A DNA stretch of 64,000 bases from Flectonema sp. DT1601 (Eukaryota). Below the pieces are notes generated by a model that did not search any database, was not told the DNA's origin, and saw only the letters and a list, made by a program, of their open reading frames with translations. This document shows positions 28,054 through 42,700 of the stretch, piece after piece (positions within the stretch are counted from its first letter, which is position 1; each line of letters opens with the position of its first letter). The stretch covers positions 558,001 to 622,000 of the forward strand of contig OZ025798.1 of the NCBI GenBank assembly GCA_964019425.1, given 5' to 3'. The translations under genes were made by a program, and so were the position numbers.

Positions 28054-29326
28054 TATTGGTATCTGTGAGGAGGAATGATGGTCATCAAATTACACATAGC
28101 AAATAATCTTTTTATTCCACTTGTCGTAATGTGTAAAACCTGTTTAATAAAAGCATCAGTAGACATTTCCAGGTACGTAAACTGACCCGATTGCACTCAT
28201 GCAAAACGGCTCTCATTTGGATTTGTTCTTGGGGAAGGAAATTCAGGTGGGGAACATTGTTGTGTTGGGTTTTTTTTCTTTTTTTTTTTTAAATTATCGC
28301 ATGTGTTTAGGATAAGGGGATGTTTTGGGAAGTACAACTTGTTGCTCGGCAATTCTTTTTTCTTTTTTTCTTTTTTTTTTTTTTTTTTTTTTTTCTTTTT
28401 TTCTTTTCCCGTCCCCCTCTTTCTCCTGTTGCCTCTCTTGTATTCCCACAGCTCGGAGTTTTCTGTACTGAAATTTCATTTCTGTCTTCTGTTTTTTTTT
28501 TTTTTTTTATAACTTAACAACTCCTTATGAAGAGGAAGAGTTGTCACACGTAACCTTTTCTCAACTTCCCCGTTGCACTTGAATAGTGTGGTTTTTCGTG
28601 TGCACAACAAAACAACAACAAAAAAAAGAGAGAGATATCTTGTTTCGGATGACTGTCTACACAGAGGAAACGACGCATGGGGATGAAAAGAATGAAAAAT
28701 AAAAAAGAATTCGCTTATGCGAAACGACGCTAATAGTAGTGGTGTGGAAGCTCGCACAACTTAAGAAGAATAAAAATCAAGTTCAAAATCTCATCTGTTT
28801 TTTTTTTTTTTTTTTGTTTTTTTCGTTTTTTTTTTTTTTCAATCACGAAGTTCTCAAGACAACAAAGACCAACACGCAATCAGAATTGCGTGTGCAAAAA
28901 AAAAGAAAATTACTTTTTCCTCCTATTTTTTCAGCAAACACGGGGAAGTGATTGGACAGAATCGGATGATTTTTTCAGCAGGGGAACTGGGAAAAAGAAA
29001 AAAAAAAAAAAAAATTACGGGGAAAAGAAAAAGATTTAGAGCATTAATGGTGTTCTTGTGCACCAACAGCAACGTTTGCTGGAACATAACAAGTCACGTG
29101 AAATCATTTAAATAGAAAAGTACTTTCCGACTACTACCTGGATACCAATAGGGAGGTACAACCACATCAACCCTTCAATTCAACTATGCAGGCAAACTAC
29201 GGAACAAACGTCACATAGTTTCCAGGCGCTTTTCATGCTGGTGCTGCGTATAAGACACGTGAGTGTCAGTATCAGCAGCTTCGGAGGGAAGCAGTCTTGT
29301 AAGTGATTTTGGAATAGAAAGCTATT

Positions 29327-30736
29327 TTACTTCTTCTTCTTAGAGGAAGCAGTACCACGCATGTAGCTCGGAGTCGAACGCGACGACGTTGAAGTTCTTG
29401 GTCTTGGAATAGGAGAAGTAGAATTGCGAGCGCCAATTGATCCAGTCGACAGAGGACTTCCATAACCTCCTCTTGGTGAGATTCCACCAGGAGATCCCAT
29501 GCCAGGTGATCCTAAAGTAGGGGATGACATTGCAGGTGGAGAGGCATTGTGGAAGTTCAGACCGACACTACCTCCTCCTGCTGCTCCTCCATTAACATTT
29601 CCTCCAACACTGACACCATTTCCGGGGCCAGCACTAGGAAAACCTCCAGCAGCAGCACTTGGAGTAGTTTCTGGTGATGCTGAAGCTGGTGATCCCGAGT
29701 CGTTAAACTTTGCGTGATCCTTCTTCAAATTCATCAACTCCTCCATATCCTTCTCACGCTCAGCCTTATCAGCTGCAGACTGTGGTACTGTAGGCGCAGA
29801 CACTGAGATACTTGGGGCTGGTGCTTGAGCAGCTTGCTTCAGTAAGGCCTGTTTGAATGATTTTATAACAAAAGCCAACACTCTTCCTCTACTACAGCCA
29901 TTTAAGAAACACATACAGAGTACTCCTCAGAAGATAATTGTTTTGGTGACGACGCGTTGGCGCGGGGTGAGCGAGGTCTGGCCGGTGGCATGGAACGACC
30001 TCCTCCGTTAGACTGTTTGTTTATTATTGTTTGAGTATTTAAAATGTTATTCCAAAAACAAAAACAAAACCACAACCACATACGAATATATTCATGTTCT
30101 TAATAATTCCCTCTCGCGACGATGCCGACATAGCGGACGCCTCCTGCTGCTGACGGGCAGCGTTCATGATTTCGAGGAATTCAGACTGTTTGTTTATTTA
30201 TGATTAGAAGACCAGGCACATAGTTATACTTTAATAGAACTACAGTAATCACATACCACATCAATCTCTCCAGAGCCGTCAGTGTCGACAGATTTCATGA
30301 GGTCCTTAACTTCATGATCGCTGCAGGTCATTCCCATGGCGACCTTTAGAAGTTGTTTTAGTTCTTCGATATCGATAGTACCAGAACCGTCAGCATCAAA
30401 TTCTTTAAACATTTCTCTGAACTGTTCCTCACCCATTACTGAAGGTACCGCTTGAAGTTCCGTACGAGCCATCACTTTAACTTCTTCCCAAAAGTCTCGT
30501 TGCGAAATGATATCTTTTAGAACTAGTCGTTCATCCTCTTCTTTTGAGGCGAACCATTCATTTCTTAAACACTCTTCCTTTAAATGACATTCACTGCTTC
30601 TTCTTACTATTTGAAGGGCGTTGCGAAACTTTATATCTTGAATGCGTGACAATCTTCTATCTCCAATTGACATTTCATCACTGTCGTAATCTTCATCGTG
30701 GGCAGGGGCTACTGACTTGGCCTCGTACAGTGCCAT
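29327..30736 (-). CDS. EF-hand calcium-binding protein with a low-complexity Ser/Gly/Pro tail (~399 aa)
   Basis: EF loops DADGSGTIDIEE and DTDGSGEIDVSE. Exons 30257-30736, 30084-30185, 29917-30012 and 29327-29848 are in frame. Confidence 0.85.
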
Positions 30737-31941
30737 ATTATCGAGTGGGCTGATGATATTAAAAAATCAAATTATTGTTCAGTTAACATGAAGATAAAAT
30801 TAATAAAAGGACAACAGTTGGATAACAAAACATTTTGTTTGAGTGTTTTTTTTTTTTTTTTTTATTGTTTTTTTTTTTTTTCCCCATTAAAAAAAAATAA
30901 TTTTCAAAAAAAAAAAAAAAAATATCCCCCTATCAATCAACATCACATAGTTCCAGATACAGATATTCCGAAGGAGGGATGCTATCAACTAATCAGAGGG
31001 ACAGCAGGCAGGCTTAAGTCAGACTGAAGGCAGACAGGTACCGAAACTCGTGGGGAAGAATGGAAAAGAGAGAAAAAAAAAGAGTATGTGCCAGCGGAGT
31101 CAAACTAACCCCACATCATGTATCAAGTCTAAGTTTCCTCGCTAAACGACAACTCAGATCAGGTAGGCTGTCTCTTTTTAATAGTCTGGGAGAACTTTTC
31201 TTCATAAATTGCTGTCAACAAGGAAAGGGGTGAGAGGGCGTGAGGAAACCTTCGATAGCTGCACCTAAATATCTACCTAACGCAAAAAGAAAACCGATGC
31301 TAATAACAATAGAGGTAAGTTGATCGGAATAAGTTATCAAAAAAAAAGAAAAAAAATAATAAGGTGATGCTACATAGCTCTGCGTTGAAAGAATAGTATT
31401 ATTTCATATTTTTTTTTTATAAATATATTTCTACAACAGGAAAGTACTCCTGTAAAACGGAAACAGCGCTCGCAGTCTGAAAGAATAAATATCTTATGAC
31501 TAGGTGATCCTTCCAAATGTAGGATCCTCTACGTATAACCGATAACAGCATGCCTTTTGGTGAAAGCCGTTTTTCAGGGAAAAAAAAAAAAAAAAAAAAA
31601 AACTACAAACAAAAAGAAAAAAAAGAAAAAAATATAAATAAATAAAAGTGTGATGCATATCACTGGTATGGGGGATAAAGGAGGAATGGGAAATGCAATA
31701 TACCAAACCGAAACTGATAAGAATTTTTTTTTTTTTTTTTTTTTTCGAATATCCTCATTCTACGGAAAACCCCTGTTGGTCAAAAGTTGGGTTCAAAGCT
31801 CCCTGAACCCAACTTAACCTCGATTGCGAAGATAGCTCAATAACTGAACATGTGTTCCATTTTTTTATAAAAGTTGAGAATAAGAACATCCAAATATGAG
31901 ATTCAAAGGCACCGACACAGAAGTGCAGACGGTATTCCCAA

Positions 31942-34900
31942 TTAGAGTTCAACCGGCTCATTACTCTTTTTATTTCCCTTTTTAACTTTAACACGAAGCA
32001 GCGTCATCAACTCTTGTGTTGTAAGAGTGTTGAGCATCAGGTTTGGCAATCTCTTTCTAATTACGTAGATCAAAACGTTTTCAAGATGCTCTCTGAAGAT
32101 TGTTGTTGGTTGGTATATGAGCTCTAATTGACTAAAGCAGTTGACCTCTTCAACGTGGTCATCAGCATACTCATGAACTGTTGGATGAGATTCTAAGTCG
32201 TCGTCCATTACTTCTGTGTCTTCTTCACATCCGAAATATTTATCTTCGACAATAAACTTCAACATTCCAGACTTTGTAGCCATTTCTCTCTTTACCTTTT
32301 CAAATACGAGATGCTCTGGTACAGTTGATCTCCATTCACCTGCTTTTGGTCCTTGTCCGATATCAGGTCGACCATCATCACCCTTTATCCAGTCAATGGT
32401 ACCCCAGTCAGGAACTACGTCACTTCCCTCAATTAATGTGTATTCTTCATTCTCTGATAGTAAGCGATAGACGACGTTCCTATCAATTAGTGTACATTGA
32501 ACGCCAGGTTCAATTCCAAAGTTTGGACGGATTTGTTCTTTATAAATTGCTGATTCAGATGCACCTTTGTAGACTTTAACGACTTCCCTGTGGAAAGAGT
32601 TCTTTACAATAATTCTGATCGGGGACTCGTAGTCACGATCTTCAAAGATATAACGTCCATAGCGAGCTGAGACGAGTTCGTGCATTCGAATTTTGCAGAG
32701 TTCGCCTTCTTCAAATCTTTGACAGACTGTCGTTCTGACCATTCTGCTCGCAAGAGCAGCAGAAGCAGCACTGTTAATGACGTCTTCGATGTTCTTTTTA
32801 TTGGAAGTAACGCTTGCTACTCTTCTGATTACGTCATCCATCTGTCCAACCTGAACTGATAATCTATCTCTGGCTAATTTCTTTTGAGCTTCTTCTTCTT
32901 CCAACTCATCTTGAGAGTCGACTTCTGCCATTTCAACTTCATCATCATCATCGTCGTATAAATCGTCATCAGCTCTCGCTAAGTCTTTTAGTTGTTGGAC
33001 TCGATCGTCGTCTTCGAGGTCGATGTTTCCTGTGATTGCGATAAGTAAGATTGTGTAGTTAGTAACAAATGAAAAAAAGAAAATTAACAATAAATACGCA
33101 CCTGCCCAACCGAATTCTGCAACGTCACAAATGTCACGGTACCAATAGTGGTGAGTTTCCATCATTTCCATTAGGAGATCTTGTGGATCTCTTTCCATCT
33201 TTTCAGCTGGTCGCATGACAAGTTCTGCCATGCAGGTGTCGAAATCTCTACCAACACCTTGGAATGCACTTTCTTCTTCTTCTTGTTCTGGTTCATCACC
33301 TCCATGGCGGAGATAGTCGTCCAACTTTATCGGAAATATATTTAATTTGTCAGTAAACTCAACACATGATTTTCTCTGAACCATTTTACGTTCTTGATGA
33401 GCCCAGTACAGTCTCGGGTTCTCATCACGATTCTTGGCACTTAATCTTTCAAACTCTGACCTCCATTCTGGTCCTCGTTTTAATAAATTCTTACAGTTCA
33501 GTATAAGCGTCTTAAACCAGTAAATAACCTCTCTAAAGAGAGCAGATCCGGTAATGAAATTTCCGGTTTGACTTTCGATTGGGTGGTAGGCATCGTCATC
33601 GGTGTTGCGCATCAGTTCTGTTAGCAGAGCAGGTTTCCACTTCGAATTTTGAATCGCTTCAAAGGAGTCAGACAACACAGCGATAACCATATTAAGCAAT
33701 AAGAAGAAACACAATACTTGAAAGAGAGTAAAGAATGCCGGTGCAAAAATTCTTCTTTCTCTTCTCAATGTCACGAAGTCGAAATCACCAACTAAATAGC
33801 GAAGTAAAGTCCCGATTGTGTTTGCTAAATCACGATAGTCTTCAACAACGTGACCGAAGACTACGTATCCCATGAGACAGAATCCCATGAACAGAATGAA
33901 AAATATAAACAGCAATCCAACCAACTCAGTTGCTGCTCTACTTACTGTTTTAGTCAATACGTTGAATCGCGTGTTAAGTCTTAAGAAGTAGAAAATTCTT
34001 CCAACACATAGCAACCCGTTGATGGAGTCTAAGTAGGCAATAATTTGAGTACTTCTAGCGACTGTTTCGTACTCATCAGGGAACCAGTCATTTTGTACAA
34101 TCGGCGTGCCAGTCTTTCCGTAACCAATTCTAATAAATCGAAGACCCCACACCACAAAGAAGATAACGTAATTTATAAAATCGAAAACGGTCCAGAATGA
34201 ACTCGTAAACGCTGCAATCATAGAACCAATTCTCGCAAAGAAACCCTTACGACGTCTGTCAACCATAATGTCAGTTGCTCTTTTCCAAAGCTGTTTTTTT
34301 TTTTTTTAAATTAAATATTTGAACTTGTAATTTCTTCAAAGGAAATGAAACAAATTAACAAATTAACAAATTAATAAAACAAACATACCTCATTACACCA
34401 CGATGCAAAATAGAAGCATAAAAATGAAAAGAAGAAGAACGTGAACCAATGGTATGAAAAATCAACGTTACTCCATTGAAATAGTGCGAAACTGTGTTTT
34501 TTTAGTATCAGTTGTTGAGTTTAGATTAATAAATTCATGTGAAAATTACCAACCAATACATACTTTATATTTGAATACACCGGAATCCAAGATCCTCCAG
34601 CAGTGACTTCTACCAAGTATTGTAGTCGACTGAATAAGTTTAAGTTTTGGTTGTAGGTGAACATCTCAACAGCTGTGTTTGTTATGTTTTTTATAGTGAT
34701 GTTTTATATAAAAGTAACAGTCGTGTGTTGATATAAAATAACATACAGAGTGCTCTTGTTCGTTGATCGATCCATTTGGAGACTCCGTTTTCACCAGTTG
34801 CAGGATTAACAACAGGGACACCAGTCTTTAACAGTTGAATTATCTCTAAAACACGAGATTGGTCCCAACTGAATGGAAGAATCACTGCGTAACCTTTACA

Positions 34901-35830
34901 ATCGTAAGTACCAGCCTTACCTTCCAAAAGCATCGCAGCTGAAGCGTTCAATCCAGAGCTGTCGCATCCACGATGGGTGAAGGCATCTCCGATAATGTCC
35001 CAAGAAGTTCCGTTAATAGTCGCATTGGTGACTTTAACATCAGTGCCTCCAATGTTTACGAAGTAGCCAGAGGTATCACGAGTACCGTCACTCCATTCTG
35101 GAAAACAGCGAGCAGGGAACTCATTTAAACGATCGCCTGCAGTAATCCCATACCCAACACTTGATGTTAGTGGTGGAGCTCTAGAAACAACTTCTTCTCG
35201 ATCAAGACACTTTGTATCAGAGATTCGGAGTTGTCGTAACTTGAGTGCGCCAAGAGGCATGTTGGCTCCTCCGCCGTCTGCGCCTCCAACAAAATTGTTT
35301 GCCGCACCGTCCCACCAAGCTCCCATTAAGGGACCCTCAAACCACTCCCAGTACTCTTTTTCTTCGTTGATACTTCTATAAAATTTTTCAAACCGAAGAG
35401 CATCAGTTTGCTCAAATTCTTCACCCATAACCAGATCATTAAGTGCATGAGTTTGCCAGAATCCACTACCTAGTCCCTTTTCAGTTATTAAAAAGAAAAT
35501 AAAAAGAATAAGGAACGGGATATAAATTTGAAGACCCAAATGATCTTCCCATTTCTGTCTCATGTGTCGAATAAACCGAACATCAAGTCTTAAGGTTGTG
35601 TCGGTGGTTAGATAGTTTACGAATTCTTCAAAAACAATCGAATCGTCCTCTCCATCAAGAACTGGCATCTGAGCTAGTACGTCTGCTTCTTCTGCGTGTT
35701 CTCCAAAATGCTGTTTTAAAAGCATTTGTAATTCTGCACCATCGATAAGTCCATTTTTATCTTTATCGATCTCCTCAAATCCTTCTCTGAGTCTTCTGAT
35801 GTCGGACGATTTCCAAGTCTTAGCCGTCAT
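31942..35830 (-). CDS. Polycystin-2-like (TRPP-type) cation channel with an N-terminal EF-hand (~1190 aa)
   Basis: EF loop DKDKNGLIDGAE. Polycystin motifs LGALKLRQLR, WIDQRTRAL, and S6 FFLLLNMVIAVLSDSF. Exons 34747-35830, 34564-34672, 34389-34491, 33102-34290, 31942-33029. Confidence 0.85.
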
Positions 35831-36754
35831 CTTAAAAGAGAATCCAGAGGATTCCTCAGAGTGTTGACTGTTGTAAGAGAATAGGATTTGAGACTGTATC
35901 CAAAAATTCATTCAAGAAAAAATAAAAATATGAGTGTGTGTGTTGCGCAAAGTTCTTGTTGTTCTTTTTTGTTTGTTATGGTTTTGGTTTGTTTTTTTTT
36001 TTTTTTTTTTTTTTTTCCCTTCTTTTTTTCAAAAAGATTTTGCTTTTCAAAGGACCCTTTGGTACGAAAAAAAGAATGAAAAACAAGTGAACCAAGTTAA
36101 CGTTGCACCTACACAACAAGCAGCGAAAGATATTTCTATCGGAAAGTGACTATTGAACCGATCAAGTAGCTACTTATAACCCACCATTGATACTGTGTCG
36201 AGGATCAGGGGTATCAACATGAATAAGGACCAATATTTATTAATTTTTTTTTTTTTTTGCATTTGAAAATTGGCAGTAGTGAGAAAGGGACGGGGAGGGG
36301 AATAAAAAGAAAGGATAAGCATGTAGAAAACTAGGCACGCTTTTAAAAAAATAAAAGTACTTACAGAATTCATACCTATTAATTTAAATTAAAGGTTTCT
36401 TTTTTTCTTTTTTTTTAGTTCAAAAGGTTTTTTTTTTTTCGGTTCGTGGTTTCAGTTTGTGTTAGGTAGTTTTTTTTTGTATTTGTCAAGAGCTTGTAGG
36501 CAGAGCACCAGATATTTTCTTGAAATCTTGCCCTTTTTCTTTTTTTTTTTTTTTTTCTCTTTTCACTAACACACACGAGGTAGAACAGGAGAGCGAGGGG
36601 GTTGGCAGGCGACCGACTTCCTGGAAAAAAAACTAGCCAAACTGCGGATTGCCCACCAGCTAAAATGAAGGCGAACCTTATTCATTTCGGGGAGGATTTT
36701 TATATTTTTTTTTTTTTTTTTTTCTTCTTCTTTTTTGTTCCTCCTCCTTTGGAA

Positions 36755-36786
<32 letters not shown>

Positions 36787-38051
36787 ACTTTTCTTTTTTT
36801 CTTTAACTAATTTATTAAACTCGCACAAATACAACTTCAGCAGTTGTCACTTTTATTTATTTTTACTCATTACCGAGCGAGCACCAGGCTAATTGAGTAC
36901 GCCAAAGAGAACCTGCGTATGACCCAATCCTTGTGAAAACACAAAACAAAAATATCTCAAATTTTATTTAAATTTTTTTTACAAGAAGGGGAAAGGAATT
37001 GGAGGGGCAGATGGGTTAATTGCTTGAAAAGAAAGAATGGAGAATAAAAGCGAGAAGTGGGTACATTGATACCGTATTATCAAGGGCTCAAAGGAACAAC
37101 AATCTCTCAGACAATCTTGACTGTCAGCGGCAGCGTAGTAAATGACCGGAAGTAAATAAATAATACCACTGGAAGCCACGTGAACATAGTTGAGCGCCAC
37201 TTGCCTATGTTACCGTAACATTTACCGTAACAGTTTTTTTATAAAACTCATCAGTATTTAAGGGAAAAGGGGGGGGGGAAAAAAAAAAGAAAAGAAGAAG
37301 AAAAAAAATAAAATTAACGTACCACATAACTTATTTCATGTGACGGTGATTCCAACTATATTTTTGTTTGTTTGTTTGTTTTTTTTTTGCCCCTTTCAAG
37401 CACCAGCCTGTTTTCAGAAGAAAATTCTCTCACAACGAAAAAAATCCATCATTATCAAATACAATAATTCGAAGGGCCGCTGAGCTAATTAGTATTAGTT
37501 AGGAGATCTACATCACAATCACAAAAAAAGGTGGGGGAAAAAAAAGAAAAAAAGAATCGGCACCTCACTAAATAATTCTCACACTTTGTTTTTGTTTGTG
37601 CGCAACCGGAAACAAGCCTATAAAGTAAGGGGTGTTAACGTTACGCTGCCACAATTCTCTTTCGCTCGTAAAACATGTCTTCGAGATGAAAAAAAAACAC
37701 ACACACAAAATGATAACGGCACGGATATTATTTCACAGCTGAATGCAGGAGGTGCTTTTTTTTTTTTTTTTTTTTTTTTTCCAAAACGATGTGAGCAACA
37801 ATGAAATCCCGAGAAAGGGGCAGAATAAAATAAAGCAGCAGACAGAAGCACCAAGAAGGAAGACAACCCGTCAGCTGTTTGAAAAAATAAAACAATATAC
37901 AAAGGTTCGTATAAAGAAAAAGGAGTGTGGGGGGGCGAAAAATCTTTTTTTAAAAAAACAAAAAATCCCACTACAGTATGAAACAATCACGAAAGTTTGC
38001 TGATTGAAGTGCTGATCACTAACAGCTTACGACTGAAATAATTTAACAACG

Positions 38052-39359
38052 CTACCTTTCGCTGGGTTCCTTATCTTTGCTTTCGTCGTAGTCACGCTCT
38101 CGGTGTCTGTCAAGGCGTTTTTTTTCGTTCTCTCGTTCCGATGCTCGGCTGTTTGTTTTTTGTTTGTTTGTTTGTTTGTTTTTTCCCTTTTCCACCTTCA
38201 AATAAACATAAAAATACTAACCGAATACACCAATCAAACTGGCCATCGTCTTCGAACCTCTCTGTAGAGAATATATCAGAAAACCAAGCGTGGCATTTCG
38301 CATAGTCCGGAGCTTCATCAAATTGCATATTCCTGGCGTACTTCAAATATTGTGCGAAACCTTTCGGACAGCCTTTGCAGAGCTCGTCGACAGCAACTTT
38401 TTGTTTTACCTCCCAAATTTGATCGAACTTGTCCTTCTTAGGAGCTGGTTTGAGTCCTTGCCAAGGGAGTGAACCCCTCAGGAAGTACACTAATACGTAA
38501 CCTATAGACTCTAAGTCATCGCGTCGAGACTGTTGTTGTTTTGTTTTGCTTTGTTTTGAGGTTTTTCAGGTACGGAAAACATAAATCATCTTAAAGAGTA
38601 TGACCCATTCTGGTCTGTAGATTCAGATAAGTAATATGTGCACCTCATCGTCATCTTCAAGAGACTCTTGTCCGTGATGAGAACAATACGACCAATTCAG
38701 GACAAAATGTTTGGAAATCAACGCAAGCTGCGTTTATCCATATGCGACAACAAAAACAAACAAAAAAAAGACAAACAAACCTGTTCGATTCCCCTGTGCG
38801 TATTAATAGAAGCATAGCGTGCAGTACCTGTCATACTCTTCTTGTCCCTGTAAGGGATGTGTTGTCCAGTATGAGGATCACAATATCTCTTTGATAACCC
38901 AAAGTCAATAATATAAACAGTGTTTGGTTGTTTGTAATTACCCATTAGGAAGTTATCAGGTTTGATGTCCCTGTGAATAATGTTTTTTGAATGTAAATAT
39001 TCGATCCTGTCAAGCAGCTGTTCTCCGAGTAAAATCGTAGTTTTTAACGACAACTGTCGCTGACAGTACGTAAACAACTCTTCTAATGAAGGACCTAACA
39101 AGTCGATGACCATGACATTGTAATCTCCTTCTACTCCTATGTGTTTCACCTGAGGTACTCCTTTGACTCCTTTGTTTTGATTTAGTAACTTGTAAACCTT
39201 ACTCTCATATACCAATTGTGGATATTTTGACTGAGCATTTTCTAATTTTATTGCAACGCTCTCGTGATTCTTTAAGTCAGTTCCTTGATAGATATCTCCA
39301 AAACTGCCGCTTCCAAGTTTAGGACCAATTCGATATCGAGAAATAATTTTAAGGTCCAT
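38052..39359 (-). CDS. CK1: Casein kinase 1 family kinase (~327 aa)
   Basis: [57 protein letters not shown]. Exons 38781-39359, 38222-38529, 38052-38148. Confidence 0.95.
38564..38656 (-). ncRNA. Candidate intronic box C/D snoRNA in CK1 intron 1
   Basis: ACGAUGA (C-like) ... CUGA (D') ... AGAUGA (C'-like) ... CUGA (D). The D' guide AUAUUACUUAU is complementary to a 5.8S-like AUAAGU(A/G)(A/G)UAU. Confidence 0.45.
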
Positions 39360-39720
39360 TGGGAAGGAGCCTTTAGTTGCCCCTCCCTCCTGATTAAAAA
39401 AAAAATAACTTTGAATATAAGAAATTATGTTTCCTGTGTGTGACAGTAATTGTTTTTTTTTTTTTTTTTTAAATTCCCTGTAAAGAATAAAAAGAGGTTA
39501 ATCACATTGACACCAACATTGAATATAGTAGGGTGAGCTAGTAGTAAAGTACTCTAACAAAACGATACAAGGAACCTAAGAAAATTTTGAGATCCCCAAC
39601 GCTGAAAGTCAAGCAAGGTGATACAGGAAAGAAAGAACACCAAATTGATGACTGCACGAAGACAATCGTATCTATTTAAACAAAACAAAAAAAAAGCAAA
39701 AAAAAAAAAAAAAAAAAGTT

Positions 39721-42700
39721 TCACTCAGGTTCTTCGTTGAGGATGTCAACCTGTGGAACGATAACCCAGTTAGGAGTAGGAGTATTTCCCATTACACTAG
39801 GAAGTTTTAATTCACGTTCTCTGAGGCTGAGAACACCCCGTTTGTGAAGTTGGTGAAATAGAACTTGAAGAAACGAGTTCGGATTCGTAATAGATGTAAC
39901 CTTATAACGGTACAACGCAATAATATCCCACGACCAAGAACGCTCTGCGTTGTTGATCGCACCGACATAAACTTCTTGCAAAACCGCAACGATTAAATTC
40001 GTCAACACGAAATAACAAAACACAATAATAATAGTGAACAAAACAGGTCCCCACACAACATCTTCCTCTTCCAAAGGACCTAACAACTCGGTATCAGCAA
40101 GGGTCATTTTAAACACAGCGATCGCAGCAGAACTGTAAATCCTGAAATTGTAAATCGTCGTTCCATAAATTGTCATAAGTCCAAATAAAAATGCTCCTAA
40201 AACCCATAAAAAAACACTTAAGAAAATCACTAGATTCTGATTTGTTATGGTGTTAATGAGAGCGTTTACTATAGGTCCGTATCGCGGTACTTTGACGACT
40301 GATTTTAAACATTTAACCCAAGAGAGTAGAACCGTCCATCCCAATAGAATTTCACGCTCTCTCACCATCCAAGCAATAGGGACGAACTCATCAAAGAACC
40401 TAGTGTTATCCGTCGAGAGTAAGTCAGGTATCCTTGCTATTTTGTTTTGAACTGGCTGTAGTTGCATTGTCACTACGAATAACCAAACTTGAAGGGCTAA
40501 AATAGCCAAATCTAAACTATTCCATCCTGAGAATAAATGATCTCGTAAGTGAATCCACATTATTTCAAGTTTTTGATATAAGTTTGGTTTGTTGTGTTCG
40601 AATTGAGATTTGATTTTCGTGATCGTGACCTAAATATCAATTAATTCGGAGACAAAATTCATTAAAAAAAATGTAATGAAAATTATCTCAAAAACGAAAA
40701 CTATTATATCCTCATCGCTTTGATAATGATTTATTCTGACTGACCTGAACTTAGTTGATTGTTGAATCGCACCTTGAGCAAAAATTTCAAAAAAAATTTG
40801 ACAAACTACAAATGTATCAATATTTTTATTATAAAATGTAAACAAAACAGATACAAATCTTGTAGAGCTATCTATATAATCACCAGACGTTAGAATAGCA
40901 ACCGATTCATCACCGTTAGACGGGTGTATGTCAATGTATTGCCCAACATCGAGGTAGTATGTTGCTCTTGAATGTGGTGAGTCAAATTTAGGTCTCCACG
41001 TCCAGTCACTCCATCGCTTATCACTTTCTGGTGTCAACGTTGAACCATATCTTGGATAGCAAACTGCGTCAACTAACCCTGCTTTATAATTCAGTGAAGT
41101 TCCTAATGACGGTGTTTCACTACCATCTTTACAAGGAATTCCTTTGATTTGTTGTTTACTTACTCTGACTGATCCAACTAGTTGAAATATTTCATAAGGA
41201 TCTTCACCCAAAACCTTCATTGAGAACGGTTCATTAAACCATGCTTGAAAGTCTTCCAATTCCAATACAGCTGTCAAGTCTTCTCTAAACATTCTGACTC
41301 CTTGAGTCTTATTGTCTGGATATTCTAACGTGGTCGTGTTCCATTCTTCTGTCGTGAATAACGTTCCCAAGGATTGCTGGGCATAAAACATCTTATCATC
41401 TCTCACAGTATGCCACATTGCCAAGAATGTGATTACAATCATAAACAAGAATACGTGAATACCACTACAAAGAAAGTGATGCCAAGCAAACATGCGTAGC
41501 TTTGCTTGAACAGCTGCACATTCGTTAAGAAGTTCGACTTGACGTTCCAGAAGACGTTTTGAATCACGTTGATGAAGAATAGCTGCACGAGCAGCAGCAG
41601 TATCAGATTCCATATCTGACAAGTCATTCTGTTGTGGTTGTAAGTCATAACGATGTTGAATCGCAACAGCTACGTCATGAGCATCAAAACCTTCAGCATT
41701 TCGAAGTCCAACATCAGCTCCTAAAGTAGTGACCATCTTCTTTACAACTTGGAGATGACAAAACTGTGATGCCAACATCAATGGAGTATCACCACCTGTG
41801 GGAGGTGATATACACTTTCTCCAAACTATTCCTCCTCCTCCTTCACAGTTTTGTAAATTAGCAGCCTCACCCATAGTGATGGTCCAATCCATTAGCTTTG
41901 AAGGGTCTCTGTGATCCTTTCGAATGAGGTCCTGGTGCTGAAGCAATGCTTCTTTAAGTTCGTAGCAGGCGAGGCATTTCTTTGCTTTGGGAGGTTTTGC
42001 CTTCTCGGTACCAGACATTCTCATGTTTGACATTGGAAAGTCAACTAAACTTTCAGAATCGACGGATATTTGACGGTGGAGGGGATTCGAACTTGAGCGT
42101 GGAGGTAACGGCATCGAATTAACTCTCTGAGCACCCGTCAGAAACGAACTATCTAAACGACGATCAAGGTCGGGTTGTTTTTGTGGAGGAGGCGCTTGCG
42201 ATTTGCGGAACTCTAACTTTGCCTTGTGATCTCTTTCTAAACAATCAGAACAAAGCAGATCGTCATCACTCTCAGAATCAGAGTCTTCAGTCAAGGCTGG
42301 TCGTATGGCAGAATGGTAAACAGAATCGAATTTCTTTCCTTTCATCGATTTTCTATAACTCTTTTTACTCTGAAGTTTCCTCGTACTTCCATAAATACCA
42401 TGAGTACTTCTACAAGGAACTGCGTGGTTTAATAATTCAGAACCTTCAAAATCGAAATGTTTCCATTGACAGGCGATCTCAATTACATCCAAAGCGGCAG
42501 AATATGATGCGTGATGCAGGCAATTTAAATTCAGACACTTCGTTAAGTCTGGAAGACTATCCTCACCTTGTCTGTAGATTAACGGGATAGCCAATGGTCC
42601 AAGAGCTACTTTAAGTAAATCAATGTTTGCCAGAAGACATGCCCAATGAAGGATAGTTAAGCCTGTGTCTATGAGTAGATTATGCTCTCCAGGTGGTTCC

